From: Octopus sinensis
Lineage: Eukaryota
Length of the DNA: 64,000 nucleotides
NCBI RefSeq assembly: GCF_006345805.1
Contig: NC_042997.1
Span: forward strand, 121,210,001 to 121,274,000
Direction: 5' to 3'
In this document: positions 43,186-57,076 of the stretch, one piece after another
Position numbering within the stretch: the stretch's first letter is position 1
How the letters are laid out: each line of letters starts with the position of its first letter
The notes under the pieces: model-generated
The model's database searches: none
What the model saw: only the letters and a program-made list of their open reading frames with translations
Told to the model about the DNA's origin: nothing
Program-made: the position numbers and the translations under genes

Positions 43186-44614
43186 TACATTCACCTGTTC
43201 AACAAACGTTGATATGTACTTTAGATACTCATGTGCCATTTAACCGTAAGAACAATTTTTTAATATTTTTATTTACATTTATTGTTTCATAGTGTTTTTG
43301 CGAATTCTGTTTTATTTCATGGTTATAAACTGTGTATTTTATGAAATTTTAATTTTCTAATTAACTTTTATTTATTTCTATAATATAATATGGCGGCCTC
43401 CTTCTTTTCTCCAAATTCATTTGAACATGCGTGTATAGATGCGAAATACGCAAATGTGAAATTATAAGATTCAGGAGAATAGGATGCGTATATTTAATAT
43501 ATGTGTATGTGTGTGTATTTGTGTACAGTGCAACTGGGAAATATATATATATATATAAATGTACATTCATATGTACATTCATATGGGAGGATGCGCAGAC
43601 ATATTCTTAAATTCGTATGCCTGCGTAAGTCTATGTATATGAATATATACATTCATACATACCTATATATATATATATATATATACATATATACATATAT
43701 ACATATATACATATATATATGTGTGTGTGTATGTATATATATATATTTATATATATATATACATACATATGCATATACATATATACATGTATACACACAC
43801 ATATGTATACACATACACACTCACACACACACACATGTGTGTGTGTATGTGTGTATCTGTCTGTGTACGTCTTTGCACTGTTGTTCGAATGCATTTTCCA
43901 ACTAATTACTTGAAATATTTTATTCTTCTTCCGTGAACGTGTTGATGAGTGTGACTGCTACTTCTGCTCACCTTCCTAAGTGTGTTAGAAATAATGTCAA
44001 CGACTTAAAGTGCAATCACGTGAAGTGTTATCATCGCAACAGCTGTACATGTGTGCTGACGTAAGTATGCGCAAGATGACATTATGCATATATTAATCTC
44101 ATTATAGGTACATCTGTGGAGATAAGGGTTTATGAAGGATCTCGCAAATTACTGGTTAGTTTGATAAGACTCTTCTTATAATTTTTTTAAAATCATATAG
44201 CGATTATATAGAGTGAACTATGTATAGATGTATGTATACACGCGTATACACGCATATACATATTGGATTCGTATTAAAGCTCTATAAAGTACTCTATTAT
44301 ATCGATGATTATGTTTATTTTTCCAGAGTAGAAACTGTTGTAGAATGTAGAGAGCTTACGAAATACGAAATGTCAGTAAAATATTTCTACGCATTTTAAA
44401 TATATAGATATGCATATACATACATATATATACAAAACACATACACACATATATACAGGGTGTATATATTTACAGTTTACGGTTATAAGGCAGATCAATA
44501 TCCAAAGTACATATATTTTATGCGCTTCACCTAATGACTTTGTCAATGTTATGGCACCGCCACTATCAGATTGATATTCTTGCTCTCAGTTCAACTAATT
44601 CAACTCGCAAGGTT

Positions 44615-44728
44615 TTACACGGCCCAAGACTACAGAAGACATTTAACTAAGTTGCCACACAGTGGGACTGAACTCAAAAACGTATGATTGTGAAGCAAGC
44701 TTCTTACCACACAGCCGCGCCCGTGCCT
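44615..44728 (-). mobile_element. SINE family A head fragment
   Basis: ccacacagtgggactgaactc...cttaccacacagcc. Confidence 0.7.
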
Positions 44729-44941
44729 GTACAGAAAATAATTTTCCTTTACTGAAGAAATCTTTCCGTAACTGTTCTCTCCGTTTGACCATTTGATTAG
44801 CGAGAGAAATGAGTCAGATTCAAATGAAATGATATATCACTGACTTACGTAAAGCAGTGATAATTACAGATAGAACACCATATATCATAGCATCAACATG
44901 GATTTCTTCCAGCATTGCTCTATTAAAGTATTCGAGTAAAT

Positions 44942-45250
44942 TGTGGAGGCGCAATGGCCCAGTGGTCAGGGCAGCGGACTCGCGGTCGGAGGATCGTGGT
45001 TTCGATTCCCAGACCGGGTGTTGTGTGTGTTTATTGAGTGAAAACCCCTAAAGCTCCACCAGGCTCGGTCAGGGAGTGTGGCGACCTCTGTTGTAATCTT
45101 TCGCCCCAATTTTCTCTCGCTCTCTCTTCCTGTTTCTTGCGTACCGCTGCGATGGGTTAGCGTCCAGTCAAGCTGGGGGAGGGGAAACCATACGCCATAG
45201 AAATCGGGAAATAGGGCCCGTGAGCCTAGCTAGGTTTGAAAAGGGCGGGA
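44942..45250 (+). mobile_element. tRNA-derived SINE (family C-related)
   Basis: ggaggcgcaatggcccagtggtcagggcagcggac...gtttcgattccc (A and B boxes); 3' end gagcctagctaggtttgaaaaggg. Confidence 0.8.
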
Positions 45251-45651
45251 AGAAAACGTAAAGCAGGATACATTTCATAAAGTATTTTAGACTACATCGA
45301 AAGAGACAGAAATTCCATGGTTGAAATAACTTTCAGATTGTTGTGTCTCAGTCTTGTTGTACCTGAAACTAAACAACACCATTATCATTTGAGATATTAC
45401 TACACGATGTTTGAGACATTTTAACGAATGTCTAGCCGTTAGCTAACTTGCAAGTAAAATACTTTTGAACATATATATTTCCTCTGATTTGTTTTGAGAA
45501 ATGTGCGTCTGTTTAATGTAATTATTTCCTCCAACTTTTGAAGATGAACAACATATATTTCTGAATTATGTTTTGTTTATATTATAGATATATTTTCGGA
45601 TTTGCTGCCATTCGCTTTATTACTTCATTTTATAAAAGTTTACTTCATATA

Positions 45652-45733
<82 letters not shown>

Positions 45734-45944
45734 TATATATATACATATATGTATGTATGTATGCATATATATATATATATAATATATAAAATAATATAAA
45801 ATAAATATAAGAGAGTGGTCACTATATGGCTCACTCTAGCACCAGTTAATCCAAAAGTTTCAACCACAAAAATACATGTTTCCCATGAAAGTCAGTACGA
45901 TTGTTAGCTCACACGGACAGGGCAAATAAAAAATAACAAAAATA

Positions 45945-46040
45945 CAGATTATTTTGGGACAATTGTTTCGCTATTAATGAATTAAATGTAATTTTACTTA
46001 CAAAAAAATCCACTTGTAGCTCGTCAGCCGAAACTATCTG
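45945..46040 (-). ncRNA. Type I hammerhead ribozyme, copy 1
   Basis: Minus: cagauaguuucgg CUGACGA gcua...uagc GAAA c aauu g UC ccaaaauaaucug. Predicted cleavage after 45958. One extra stem I mismatch. Confidence 0.85.
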
Positions 46041-46479
46041 GATGAAATCCACTCAATCACACGCCAGATTTTACCATAACGATAAATACGCGTGTGGTTC
46101 AATTGATTACATCCGACGTTATAATTCAAATGCCCCAACTAACAGCGCGCCAAACTTTCACGGAAAACAAATACAGCATTTAGAAATAAATGCAGCATAA
46201 TTATAATTAATTAATAAGGGTGAGAGAATTAGATACTAATTTAATAGTATATCTATTCAACACCAAGTGGCCTAGTGCTCCGAGAAACCTGGATTATTAT
46301 AATATTTTATAATATATTACAATATTTTTACAAAATAAATATAAGAGAGTGGTCACTATATGGCTCACTCTAGCACCAGTTAATCCAAAAGGTTTCACCC
46401 ACAAAAATACATGTTTCCCATGAAAGTCAGTACGATTGTTAGCTCACACGGACAGGGCAAATAAAAAATAACAAAAATA

Positions 46480-46575
46480 CAGATTATTTTGGGACGATTG
46501 TTTCGCTATTAATGAATTAAATGTAATTTTACTTACAAAAAAATCCACTTGTAGCTCGTCAGCCGAAACTATCTG
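46480..46575 (-). ncRNA. Type I hammerhead ribozyme, copy 2
   Basis: Same fold; loop III variant aauc; C17 at 46493. Confidence 0.83.
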
Positions 46576-47014
46576 GATGAAATCCACTCAATCACACGCC
46601 AGATTTTACCATAACGATAAATACGCGTGTGGTTCAATTGATTACATCCGACGTTATAATTCAAATGCCCCAACTAACAGCGCGCCAAACTTTCACGGAA
46701 AACAAATACAGCATTTAGAAATAAATGCAGCATAATTATAATTAATTAATAAGGGTGAGAGAATTAGATACTAATTTAATAGTATATCTATTCAACACCA
46801 AGTGGCCTAGTGCTCCGAGAAACCTGGATTATTATAATATTTTATAATATATTACAATATTTTTACAAAATAAATATAAGAGAGTGGTCACTATATGGCT
46901 CACTCTAGCACCAGTTAATCCAAAAGGTTTCACCCACAAAAATACATGTTTCCCATGAAAGTCAGTACGATTGTTAGCTCACAAGGACAGGGCAAATAAA
47001 AAATAACAAAAATA

Positions 47015-47110
47015 CAGATTATTTTGGGACGATTGTTTCGCTATTAATGAATTAAATGTAATTTTACTTACAAAAAAATCCACTTGTAGCTCGTCAGCCA
47101 AAACTATCTG
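47015..47110 (-). ncRNA. Type I hammerhead ribozyme, copy 3
   Basis: Same fold; stem I uuuugg/ccaaaa fully paired; loop III aauc; C17 at 47028. Confidence 0.85.
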
Positions 47111-47688
47111 GATGAAATCCACTCAATCACACGCCAGATTTTACCATAACGATAAATACGCGTGTGGTTCAATTGATTACATCCGACGTTATAATTCAAA
47201 TGCCCCAACTAACAGCGCGCCAGCGAAACAATTGTCCCAAAATAATCTGTATTTTTGTTATTTTTTATTTGCCCTGTCCGTGTGAGCTAACAATCGTACT
47301 GACTTTCATGGGAAACATGTATTTTTGTGGTTGAAACCTTTTGGATTAACTGGTGCTAGAGTGAGCCATATAGTGACCACTCTCTTATATTTATTTTGTA
47401 AAAATATTGTAATATATTATAAAATATTATAATAATCCAGGTTTCTCGGAGCACTAGGCCACTTGGTGTTGAATAGATATACTATTAAATTAGTATCTAA
47501 TTCTCTCACCCTTATTAATTAATTATAATTATGCTGCATTTATTTCTAAATGCTGTATTTGTTTTCCGTGAAAGTTTGGCGCGCTGTTAGTTGGGGCATT
47601 TGAATTATAACGTCGGATGTAATCAATTGAACCACACGCGTATTTATCGTTATGGTAAAATCTGGCGTGTGATTGAGTGGATTTCATC

Positions 47689-47784
47689 CAGATAGTTTTG
47701 GCTGACGAGCTACAAGTGGATTTTTTTGTAAGTAAAATTACATTTAATTCATTAATAGCGAAACAATTGTCCCAAAATAATCTG
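47689..47784 (+). ncRNA. Type I hammerhead ribozyme, inverted copy (best match)
   Basis: cagatagttttgg(47689-701) CTGACGA(47702-08) gcta(47709-12)...tagc(47756-59) GAAA(47760-63) c aatt g TC(47770-71) ccaaaataatctg(47772-84). A 3'-half-only copy is at 47222-47249. Confidence 0.9.
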
Positions 47785-48052
47785 TATTTTTGTTATTTTT
47801 TATTTGCCCTGTCCGTGTGAGCTAACAATCGTACTGACTTTCATAGGAACATGTATTTTTGTGGTTGAAACCTTTTGGATTAACTGGTGCTAGAGTGAGC
47901 CATATAGTGACCACTCTCTTATATTTATTTTGTAAAAATATTGTAATATATTATAAAATATTATAATAATCCAGGTTTCTCGGAGCACTAGGCCACTTGG
48001 TGTTGAATAGATATACTATTAAATTAGTATCTAATTCTCTCACCCTTATTAA

Positions 48053-48147
<95 letters not shown>

Positions 48148-48159
48148 TGTGTTTGTGTG

Positions 48160-48353
48160 TCTGTGTTTGTCCCCCTAGCGTTGCTTGACAACCGATGCTG
48201 GTGTGTTTACATCCCCGTCACTTAGCGGTTCGGCAAAAGAGACCGATAGAATAAGTACTTGGCTTACAAAGAATAAGTCCCGGGGTCGATTAGCTCAACA
48301 AAAGGCGGTGCTCCAGCATGGCCGCAGTCAAATGACTGAGACAAGTAAAAGAG
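48160..48353 (+). mobile_element. SINE family A 3' half
   Basis: cttagcggttcggcaaaagagaccgatagaataagtac...gagacaagtaaaagag. Similar halves at about 50700-50920, 54785-54975 and 57310-57490. Confidence 0.85.
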
Positions 48354-48368
48354 TATATATATATATAT

Positions 48369-48418
<50 letters not shown>

Positions 48419-48595
48419 TTAAGCATATGCAAATTATCTTTTTAGTCAGCCAATCAGCATTATATTGTCATCTACCAAGCTTGTAGAATACTTACAATAT
48501 CCAGATGTGTGTTTTTCTTGATTTTTCTTAATTCTTTATCATTGTTGTTGTTGCTATTATTATCATTATTATCATTATTATTATCATTAATATCA

Positions 48596-48646
<51 letters not shown>

Positions 48647-49355
48647 GAGAAAATAACATATTTAATCATAATTCTTACACTAACACGTGAATGCATCTGC
48701 ATACGCACTCAGAGACACGTATGTAGTTATGTGTGCCTGTGTATATACATACATTTGTATTAAATATTATACACACGAACACACGAACACACACACACAA
48801 CTTGCTGATTACAACTAGCATATTTCTATGCTCAAGTATGTAGGAAACGGCTCATCAGACAGAGATAATATGTAAATGTATAAAATATAAATATATATAA
48901 ATTGGATTAAACTGGAATTATACTTCACTGCAAATATAAACAGTTCCAAGTCTAAAAGACCAAACCAAATTAGAGAAAACTCTTTGTTTCGTCTTGTTTT
49001 TGCTTTCCGTTTTCTTTCTTTTCTTTTTTTTGTGCGTAACATCTACCTACTTGAGTGTGCTTGAGTTTCAGAATCCAAATTGAAAATTATACATCTGAGA
49101 AATGGTGTTATTGCTAATATTAGTGAGTGGAATATGTATTTCAGATATAAGGATATCTTTTTTTCATTATTGCGGAATTAAAGACATTAATAGTTCCTGT
49201 AGATACATTTTTATATGTCTAGATGTAGATCTACGCTTCTTATCAACCAAGAATAAAAGATCAGTGGTATTTATAACCTTCAGATGTAACATGCATTAGA
49301 CTGACATTGATAGACAGAAGAGAAAACGATGATACAATGAAAACTGTACTGACGC

Positions 49356-50050
49356 AATATTTTGCATTACCAAGGCGGCGAGCTGGCAGAAACGTTAGCA
49401 CGCCGGGCGAAATTCTTAGCGGTGTTTCGCCTGCCGCTACGTTCTGGGTTCAAATTCTGCCGAAGTCGACTTTGCCTTTCGTCCTTTCGGCGTTGATAAA
49501 TTAAGTATCAGTTACACACCGGGGTCGATGTTATCGACTTCAACCATTTGACTGTTCTTGTTTTTCCCCTCTATGTTTAGTCCTTGTGGGCAATAAAGAA
49601 ATAAGAAACGTTAGCACGCCGGGCGAAATGCTTAGCGGTATTTCGTCTGTCTTTGCGTTCTGAGTTGAAATTCTGCTGAGGTCAATTTTGCCTTTCATCC
49701 TTTCGGGGTCCATTAATTGAGTACCAGTTGGGTACTGGGATCGATCCAATCGACTGGCCCCACTCCCCCAAACTTTCAGGCCTTATGCCTAGCGTAGAAA
49801 ATAATATTTTGCATTACCAAGGCGGCGAGCTGGTAGAAATGATAGCGCGCCGGGCAAAATGCTCAGCGGTATTTCGTGTGTCTTTACGCTCTGAGTTGAA
49901 ATTCCGCCGAGGTCGACTTTGCCTTTCATCTTTTCGGGGTCAATAAATTATGTACCAGTTGTACTGGAATCGCTCTAATCGACTGGCCACTCAACCCCAA
50001 AATTTCAGGCCTTGTGCCTAGAGTAGAAGGGAATATTTTACATTACTGAG
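49356..50050 (+). mobile_element. Tandem cluster of three SINE family B copies
   Basis: Heads at about 49372, 49606 (5'-truncated) and 49818. The linker aatatttt(g/a)cattac recurs at 49356, 49803 and 50033. Confidence 0.85.
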
Positions 50051-50188
50051 GCTCTTTATTACCGATGGGTAAGCTGGAAATAAACAGCTTCAAATGAAAT
50101 CATGAGTGATATGAATTTATAAACGATTTACTTCATATATAACGATGATATACATTCAAACATGCCCATAGAAAGCAGACACACGCGT

Positions 50189-50252
<64 letters not shown>

Positions 50253-51660
50253 GCACACCTCATATATAGGTGTACGTGTGCCTCTATGTACGCACATTCT
50301 TAAATTTTTTCCTTTCCTTTTACCGTGTTACATTTTGTTGCATCTTCACTGACTTCCAGTAATAATGCAAATAGTCAAATTTGATAAATGATATATAAGA
50401 ACAGCCTTGAAACATCGTTAGAATAAAATAATGGTGAAGAGAATATAATTTGAATCAAAGTATTTAAGATTTGTTAACCTTAACATAATCAATTTTACTA
50501 TTCCGTGATTTTGAACGTTAGTATAACCGTAAGGGTTGTGCGGTAATTCCGCAACTGTTTTAATGTAACTTATGCTAATCCTGACACCCCATTCTTGTGA
50601 AGCCAATAGAATTAATACAAATAAACATCGTAAAGATTTCAAGTGCGTCTTCAGCTACACTTGTTGATATTTCAGTTAGAGCTAAAAAAAAGCTTACTTT
50701 CTCTATATGTTTGTCCTCCCTGCACTTGGCAACCGATGCGTTGGTGTGTTCACCTCCACGTAAACTAGCATTTCAGCAAAAGAGCCCAATAGAAAAAAGT
50801 AGGAGGCTTAAGGAAATAAGATTCTGGGGTGGATACGTTCATCTAAAAATCGTCATGGTGATGCTCCAGCATGGCCTCAATCTAGTGACTGAAACAAGTA
50901 ATTGATAAAAGATAAAAGATACCTAGCTTTGACTGCAAGTCGAATCTATAATATTTTTGTAAGAAAAATGAATGATTGCAAGATTTTTGTTCATGTAGCT
51001 TTCGCTGTAGGTAGTTGTATTTGGTTATATTTTAATGCAATCAAGATACATGAATAAACCATAAATAAATTTAAATTTTCCAGGCTTCTGTCATGTGAGA
51101 AGCATTTGCCATATTCTCTTACATAATTTTATTTTTCTGACAGCAAAATAATATTTTCTCTTTATGTTTTACTTTATAAATTGTCTTTTTATTTGTACAT
51201 CTTTTCATTCAAGATTGATATGTAGCATAGAAAACAGAAGCATGTGTATCGTATGAATTTCGGCAAGATCTCTGGGATAAACAATAATTTGTGTTCTGTG
51301 CGTTGCTGCCTTGAAGAAAAGACAACTGTTTAACTCAACACTTGGATGTGCAATATTGATTTGATCATGTAGTATCACAAACTTATTAAGTTAACTCCAG
51401 CAACCCTTAAATTCATGTTCCTTTGAACAGTTTATGTTCACAAAAGAAGAGTCTCACTTGATTCTGAAAGCAATAGAACTGAAAAGCGAGGAGTGAGAGG
51501 AAAAAAGTTACATTTCCTTTAGTAAACCAGTCAAGTCGTTCTTCAGTCATATGGTGTATGCCACTCCTCCACACTTAATATGTATAGTACGGTAACACAG
51601 ATTTGGTACGTTTTAATTATGAAACGCTATAATATATGTTCTAATCATTCCGTTGCAAAA

Positions 51661-51698
<38 letters not shown>

Positions 51699-52578
51699 TG
51701 TGTGCGTGTGTGCGTGTGTGTATGATCCGAATAAAAATACAAGATCAACTACATTTTTTGGTGAGAAGGGGTGAAAATACAGTAAGGTTTTAGATTAATC
51801 GTAATAATTTATAATAAGTGTGTTTGTAGTACTAAATAATAGTATTAATCACAATAAAGTGCTAATCGGTTAAATTTAATTTTATTTATTTACAAGTGGG
51901 TGGTTAAGCCCTTCCACCTATTGTCTGACATGAGATAGGCCAAGGGCCAACGTTCGATGTAATTGGTCAGCTGAAATTTAAAAATAGAAAATCGCTGGTC
52001 CTCAAAGACGTCATTTCGCAACTCAGGACTAGAATAAACTTATTTTTCCTGAAAGCATCTAACGATGTATAGCTTATTACATCTATAAAAGTTACAATCA
52101 CTGATGATTCCAGAAGGTTGTTTGATTGAAACATATGTAGAACTTCATTTTGGATATTTTGGGGTTGTTTTATTGATGCGGTTCAGTTATTATTATTCTT
52201 ATAGGTATGTCTTTTTATCTTTTAATTTTTTTAATTTCCATTACTTTTCCAAATGTGATACAAATAATCTGAACCAAGCATCGATTAAAATTTTTTCTTC
52301 TCTGTGCGAATTCAAAGCCAGTGAACAGCAATGACCATACCGATATGACTTTGAATCTCTTTAACAATTCATAATAATGACTATTATTCCTCTTAATTCA
52401 ACCTCAGTTCATCTAATCGTAGTTATTTATCGTTACTTTTAATTAAAAAAAAGCCTTTATTCTTTTGATATCCAATGTGCACTTTCGCTTTTCTTCTTCC
52501 TTTTCCCATATCTTTTCCACGTGTAGTTTCTATTTTCTTTTTGAAACATATTTACATTATATATATATATATGTGTGT

Positions 52579-52830
52579 GTTGTCTACTCCTTATGAGGAG
52601 TTTGACCACCTCCTGTATCTACAATTTTTTAAACCATCATGGCATCTGATATGGCATTTTAAACCAGACAATGTTCTGAAAAGACGCCCACATAGATTGC
52701 ATATCCGATTTGGACCACCAAGATCTGCAGATAAGTTCTGATATTTGTGACTTTTGAGTCCTCCATCAGATTTGCAAAGCTTCTGACAAACATTGCATTC
52801 AAAGGTGTGCATAGACATACAGGGTTCGCC
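52579..52830 (-). mobile_element. Probable 3' tip of an RTE-type LINE encoding two C2H2 fingers
   Basis: FECNVCQKLCKSDGGLKSH and CNLCGRLFRTLSGLKCHIRCH, then a short 3' hairpin ctcc-tcataa-ggag running into a microsatellite. A host C2H2-ZNF exon cannot be excluded. Confidence 0.55.
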
Positions 52831-53025
52831 AAAAGTCACCCGACAGTAAATCAAAATTCCATGAATGCTATCTGTAATTCTGTATTGACTCGAATGCAAA
52901 AATGTGTCGCTAAAGAAGGATTTCAGTTTACACAATTTTCATGATGTTTTATATATTTAGATGCTTTTATTAAATTTATTCACTTGTTTGAAATATATGT
53001 CTTGGAATTAAATGCACACACACAT

Positions 53026-53077
<52 letters not shown>

Positions 53078-53224
53078 TTGTTTGTTTGTGTGCCTGTACA
53101 TATGTATGTCAATGTTCAGTTTTATTCCAAGATTTCTTACCAATCGCCGGTTTCTAACGTACATCCCTTCATAGGAATTTCAACATCAACACCAAGGTAT
53201 GTACGTAGGTATGTACGTATTTAT

Positions 53225-53700
53225 GTTATGTCAGGTCACTTTTGAGTGCTACTGGTAACATGTAACCCAGTACAACCTGCTGCATGGTCGGGTCGTCAGC
53301 GACTAAACCGTCCACCCCACCAAGCTTGCTTGGTGAGGAGGGAGTTTATTGGACACCCTGCGGGATGAAAAACAAAACCCGTCAAAGAGCGGAGGAACTC
53401 TTGAGAGTCAACGGCCATCCAATAAATGTCTTAGGGCTGTATCATGCGCGGGGACATAGAAATAATCGGACTGAATACCTGATCGCGCGGTTAAACCATT
53501 GGGAGTGATGGACTTCTAGCCTTTTTAGGGCATCCTTCTGGGAGAAGGTACCTCAGGTAACTGGGATAACTCCGACATAAAATCTGCGGCTCAGTGGTTA
53601 CCGATGATATTGACTTGTTCTTCCCTTTGGATTATGGCTGCTGTTGCTTACTGAGTGAGATTGACTCAGTGCACAGCCTTTCCTCGCTTTAAAAACAATA
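53225..53700 (+). mobile_element. GC-richer structured repeat, probably an RTE 5' UTR fragment
   Basis: Contains catccttctgggagaaggtacctc...aaatctgcgg, resembling the conserved RTE 5' UTR motif as I recall it, and several hairpins. No ORF follows. Confidence 0.5.
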
Positions 53701-54671
53701 TCTTCTTGAACAAGCATTGCACGATAACAACATTGATTAAGCTTCGTGCAATGGCCATACTTGATAACGAGGGGGCAGCCACCACCATGTATCTATGCAT
53801 GCATGTATGTATGTGTGTATGTATGTATGTGCAGATTTGTATGTAGGTAATTATGAACATTGTTCAACGACAAACTCGCTTCCTTTTTCGTTGCCGTGTT
53901 ACACTCTTAGCATATTTACTGAATCTTAGCTGCAAAAGTAAATAATTTCATTGGATAAATATATAAGAAGAATCTCGAAATATTGTTTGCGTTATTATAA
54001 AACTGACAAAAATAATCGTGATGACAATAAACTTATTTGTTAAAGTTGTTTAGCTTGTTTTCCCGAATGATAAGCGCCACTCTTTACTTTAATTCATATT
54101 TAAGCTATTTATATAAATTGCATACATAATTTTTTTTATGAATTTACTTTGAGGTATAAGCCTTATCAATGTTCTATCAATATTGAATGGTCCAAACCGT
54201 TATCTGCGTTTCTATCAATATCATTACACTTTATAGTCATCAATAATAAACATTTGTTGTAGATTAGTACCGCCCTCACATAAATTTAACTAGATAATTA
54301 AATGTTTGATGTAGTCAGAAATTATTTAATTAAATTATATTTAAATACATTCACAAAAAGGGGTTGTGCTTTGAAATACCATAACTGTTTCTTTCTTTCT
54401 TTCTTTCTGTTTTTTCTTATTTTCATCCTTTCTTTGTTTCTCTAGAATATGTGGATATGAGTGTCTGTATGTGTCTTTGTGTGTCTTTGTACATAGACAC
54501 AACAAAGTATACACACCTGGATATTTATACAGGTGTGTTAACGTGTGAATCTCTGTCAAATCCATATTCCCCTCTCTTTACTGATATCACTTTATTCTTG
54601 CAACCATGCATAAATACTCACAAATATGTGTGTATGTATGTACGTATTATGTATGTGTGTATATATGTATG

Positions 54672-54718
<47 letters not shown>

Positions 54719-55591
54719 ATATATATATGTGTGTGTGTGTGTGTGTAAATGTGTATTTGCGTGTATGTTAATGTGTCTGTGCTTGTACTCCCACCATCGC
54801 TTGACAATCGATGTTGGTGTGTTTATGTCCACTTAACTTAGCGGTTCGGCAAAAGAGATCGATATAATATGAACTAGGCATAGAAAGAATAAGTCATGGG
54901 GTCGATTTGTTCGACTAAAGGCTGTGCTCCAGCATGGCCACAGTCAAATAACTGACATATATAAAATAATGAAAAGAATAAGAATGCACATATAGATATG
55001 CGTGTATATTTACATGGATATATATATACATGTATTTTAAGGGATCTCCATCGGTTTCGGAGGTGATTAAAGCTTATTTACTTCTATCAAATGAATTATT
55101 CGTCTACCTTGGGCAAAATCTTACGCAGCATCGTCTTGTCACATTTTGTCTCAACGCCCTACATTTGCTAAGACAATTGTAAGGCAATTGGCTAACTTTC
55201 CTAAAGTACTCCCTCCATACAATCTCCTCCATAATGTGCCGGTCAATTCAACACATCGGTAAACGGAATCGAACACGCATCCCCTATATTTCGATGTGAT
55301 ATACTTACCTCCTCAGCTACTATGTGTCCACCAAAATAGAAGTTCCATATCTTTCCACGCCTACCAAATGCACATGATTATCCTGCATTTTTCATACCTA
55401 AAACTTCGCGTTGGGATTTTCGGTCATAATATATCAATGGTAAATGCATCACCAAAAGAAATGGAGAAAACCACCCAATTATAAAGACAGGAATTGAACG
55501 ATAACCGAATATTGGGAATTGAAAAGAGAAGCAAATTCCATGAAAAGGAGAGGCTTTCTCTCACACACACATACACAGTCATAGATATATG

Positions 55592-55641
<50 letters not shown>

Positions 55642-56224
55642 ATACAAATCTACATATATGTTGCATATATATATGTGTGTGTGCTTGATATTATGGGAAT
55701 TGTTTCTCGTTTCGATACCTAATTTCGTTTTATCGCTATTTCTGGATAATTGGATAGGTCTATTTTTCCATTTATTCTTGAGCTACATATTCATTGGTGC
55801 ATTGTCTTTTATTGAACCGATGCAAAATTACAGGGATTACTGAACAAAGATAAGCTTATGTAAATGGTCTTCCACTTCCAGGTAGGGACAGTACATTATT
55901 TAATCACTAATGCAAAATCCATTAGAAAATTTTGTTCAAAAATGCCGGCAGGAGAGATAACACATTTGTATTTTGCTAGTTGCAGCTGAATTCCTAATTT
56001 CCCTTCTCGTAACTCTTACAATTTGCATAAAAGAAATCCACAGAACAAGCTGTGATACTCTACAAAGCCTTCGTCCAATTTTGTAACAGTGGTCCCAGAA
56101 TATCAAGGGCTGCTTTAATATGAAATTAATGTGACTTTTGCATTTACCAATTAATCAGAAATTACATACTTTCCTTAGTACTATTGTTCTTTCTTAAAAT
56201 CATCATTTATATTTATATATGAGA

Positions 56225-56723
<499 letters not shown>

Positions 56724-56741
56724 ATATATATATATATATAC

Positions 56742-56772
<31 letters not shown>

Positions 56773-56789
56773 CATACATATATATTTTC

Positions 56790-56999
56790 TATTATTCTTT
56801 TACTTGTTCCAGTCCTTTGAGTGCGACCATGCTGGATCACCGCCTTTACTCGAACAAATACACACCAGGACTTATTCTTTGAAAGCCTAGTAATTATTCA
56901 ATCAGTCTCTTTTGCCAAACCGCTACGTTACGTGGACATAAACCTAACAACATCAGTTGTTAAGCGATGGTGGTGTCGGGGACAAACTCAGGCGCATAT

Positions 57000-57076
<77 letters not shown>

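Larger units (their letters stand above)
45798..48061. mobile_element. Tandem-plus-inverted array of a 535-bp hammerhead-bearing non-coding unit (retrozyme-like, PLE pLTR-derived)
   Basis: Unit starts gagagtggtc at 45811, 46345 and 46880 (about 2.7 copies), switches strand at 47222, then about 1.6 inverted copies to 48061. (TA)n on both sides, no ORF. Confidence 0.92.

Noticed and set aside
45798-47222. CRISPR-like or simple satellite interpretation of the tandem array
   Set aside because: There are no unique spacers, the unit is 535 bp, and the context is eukaryotic. The conserved ribozyme and the fold-back ends favour a retroelement origin.
53232-53300. Attempted HDV-like ribozyme fit (P3 tgt/aca, P1 gtcaggt/acctgct)
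   Set aside because: L3 and P1.1 consensus are not met and the only P2 partner lies about 300 nt away.
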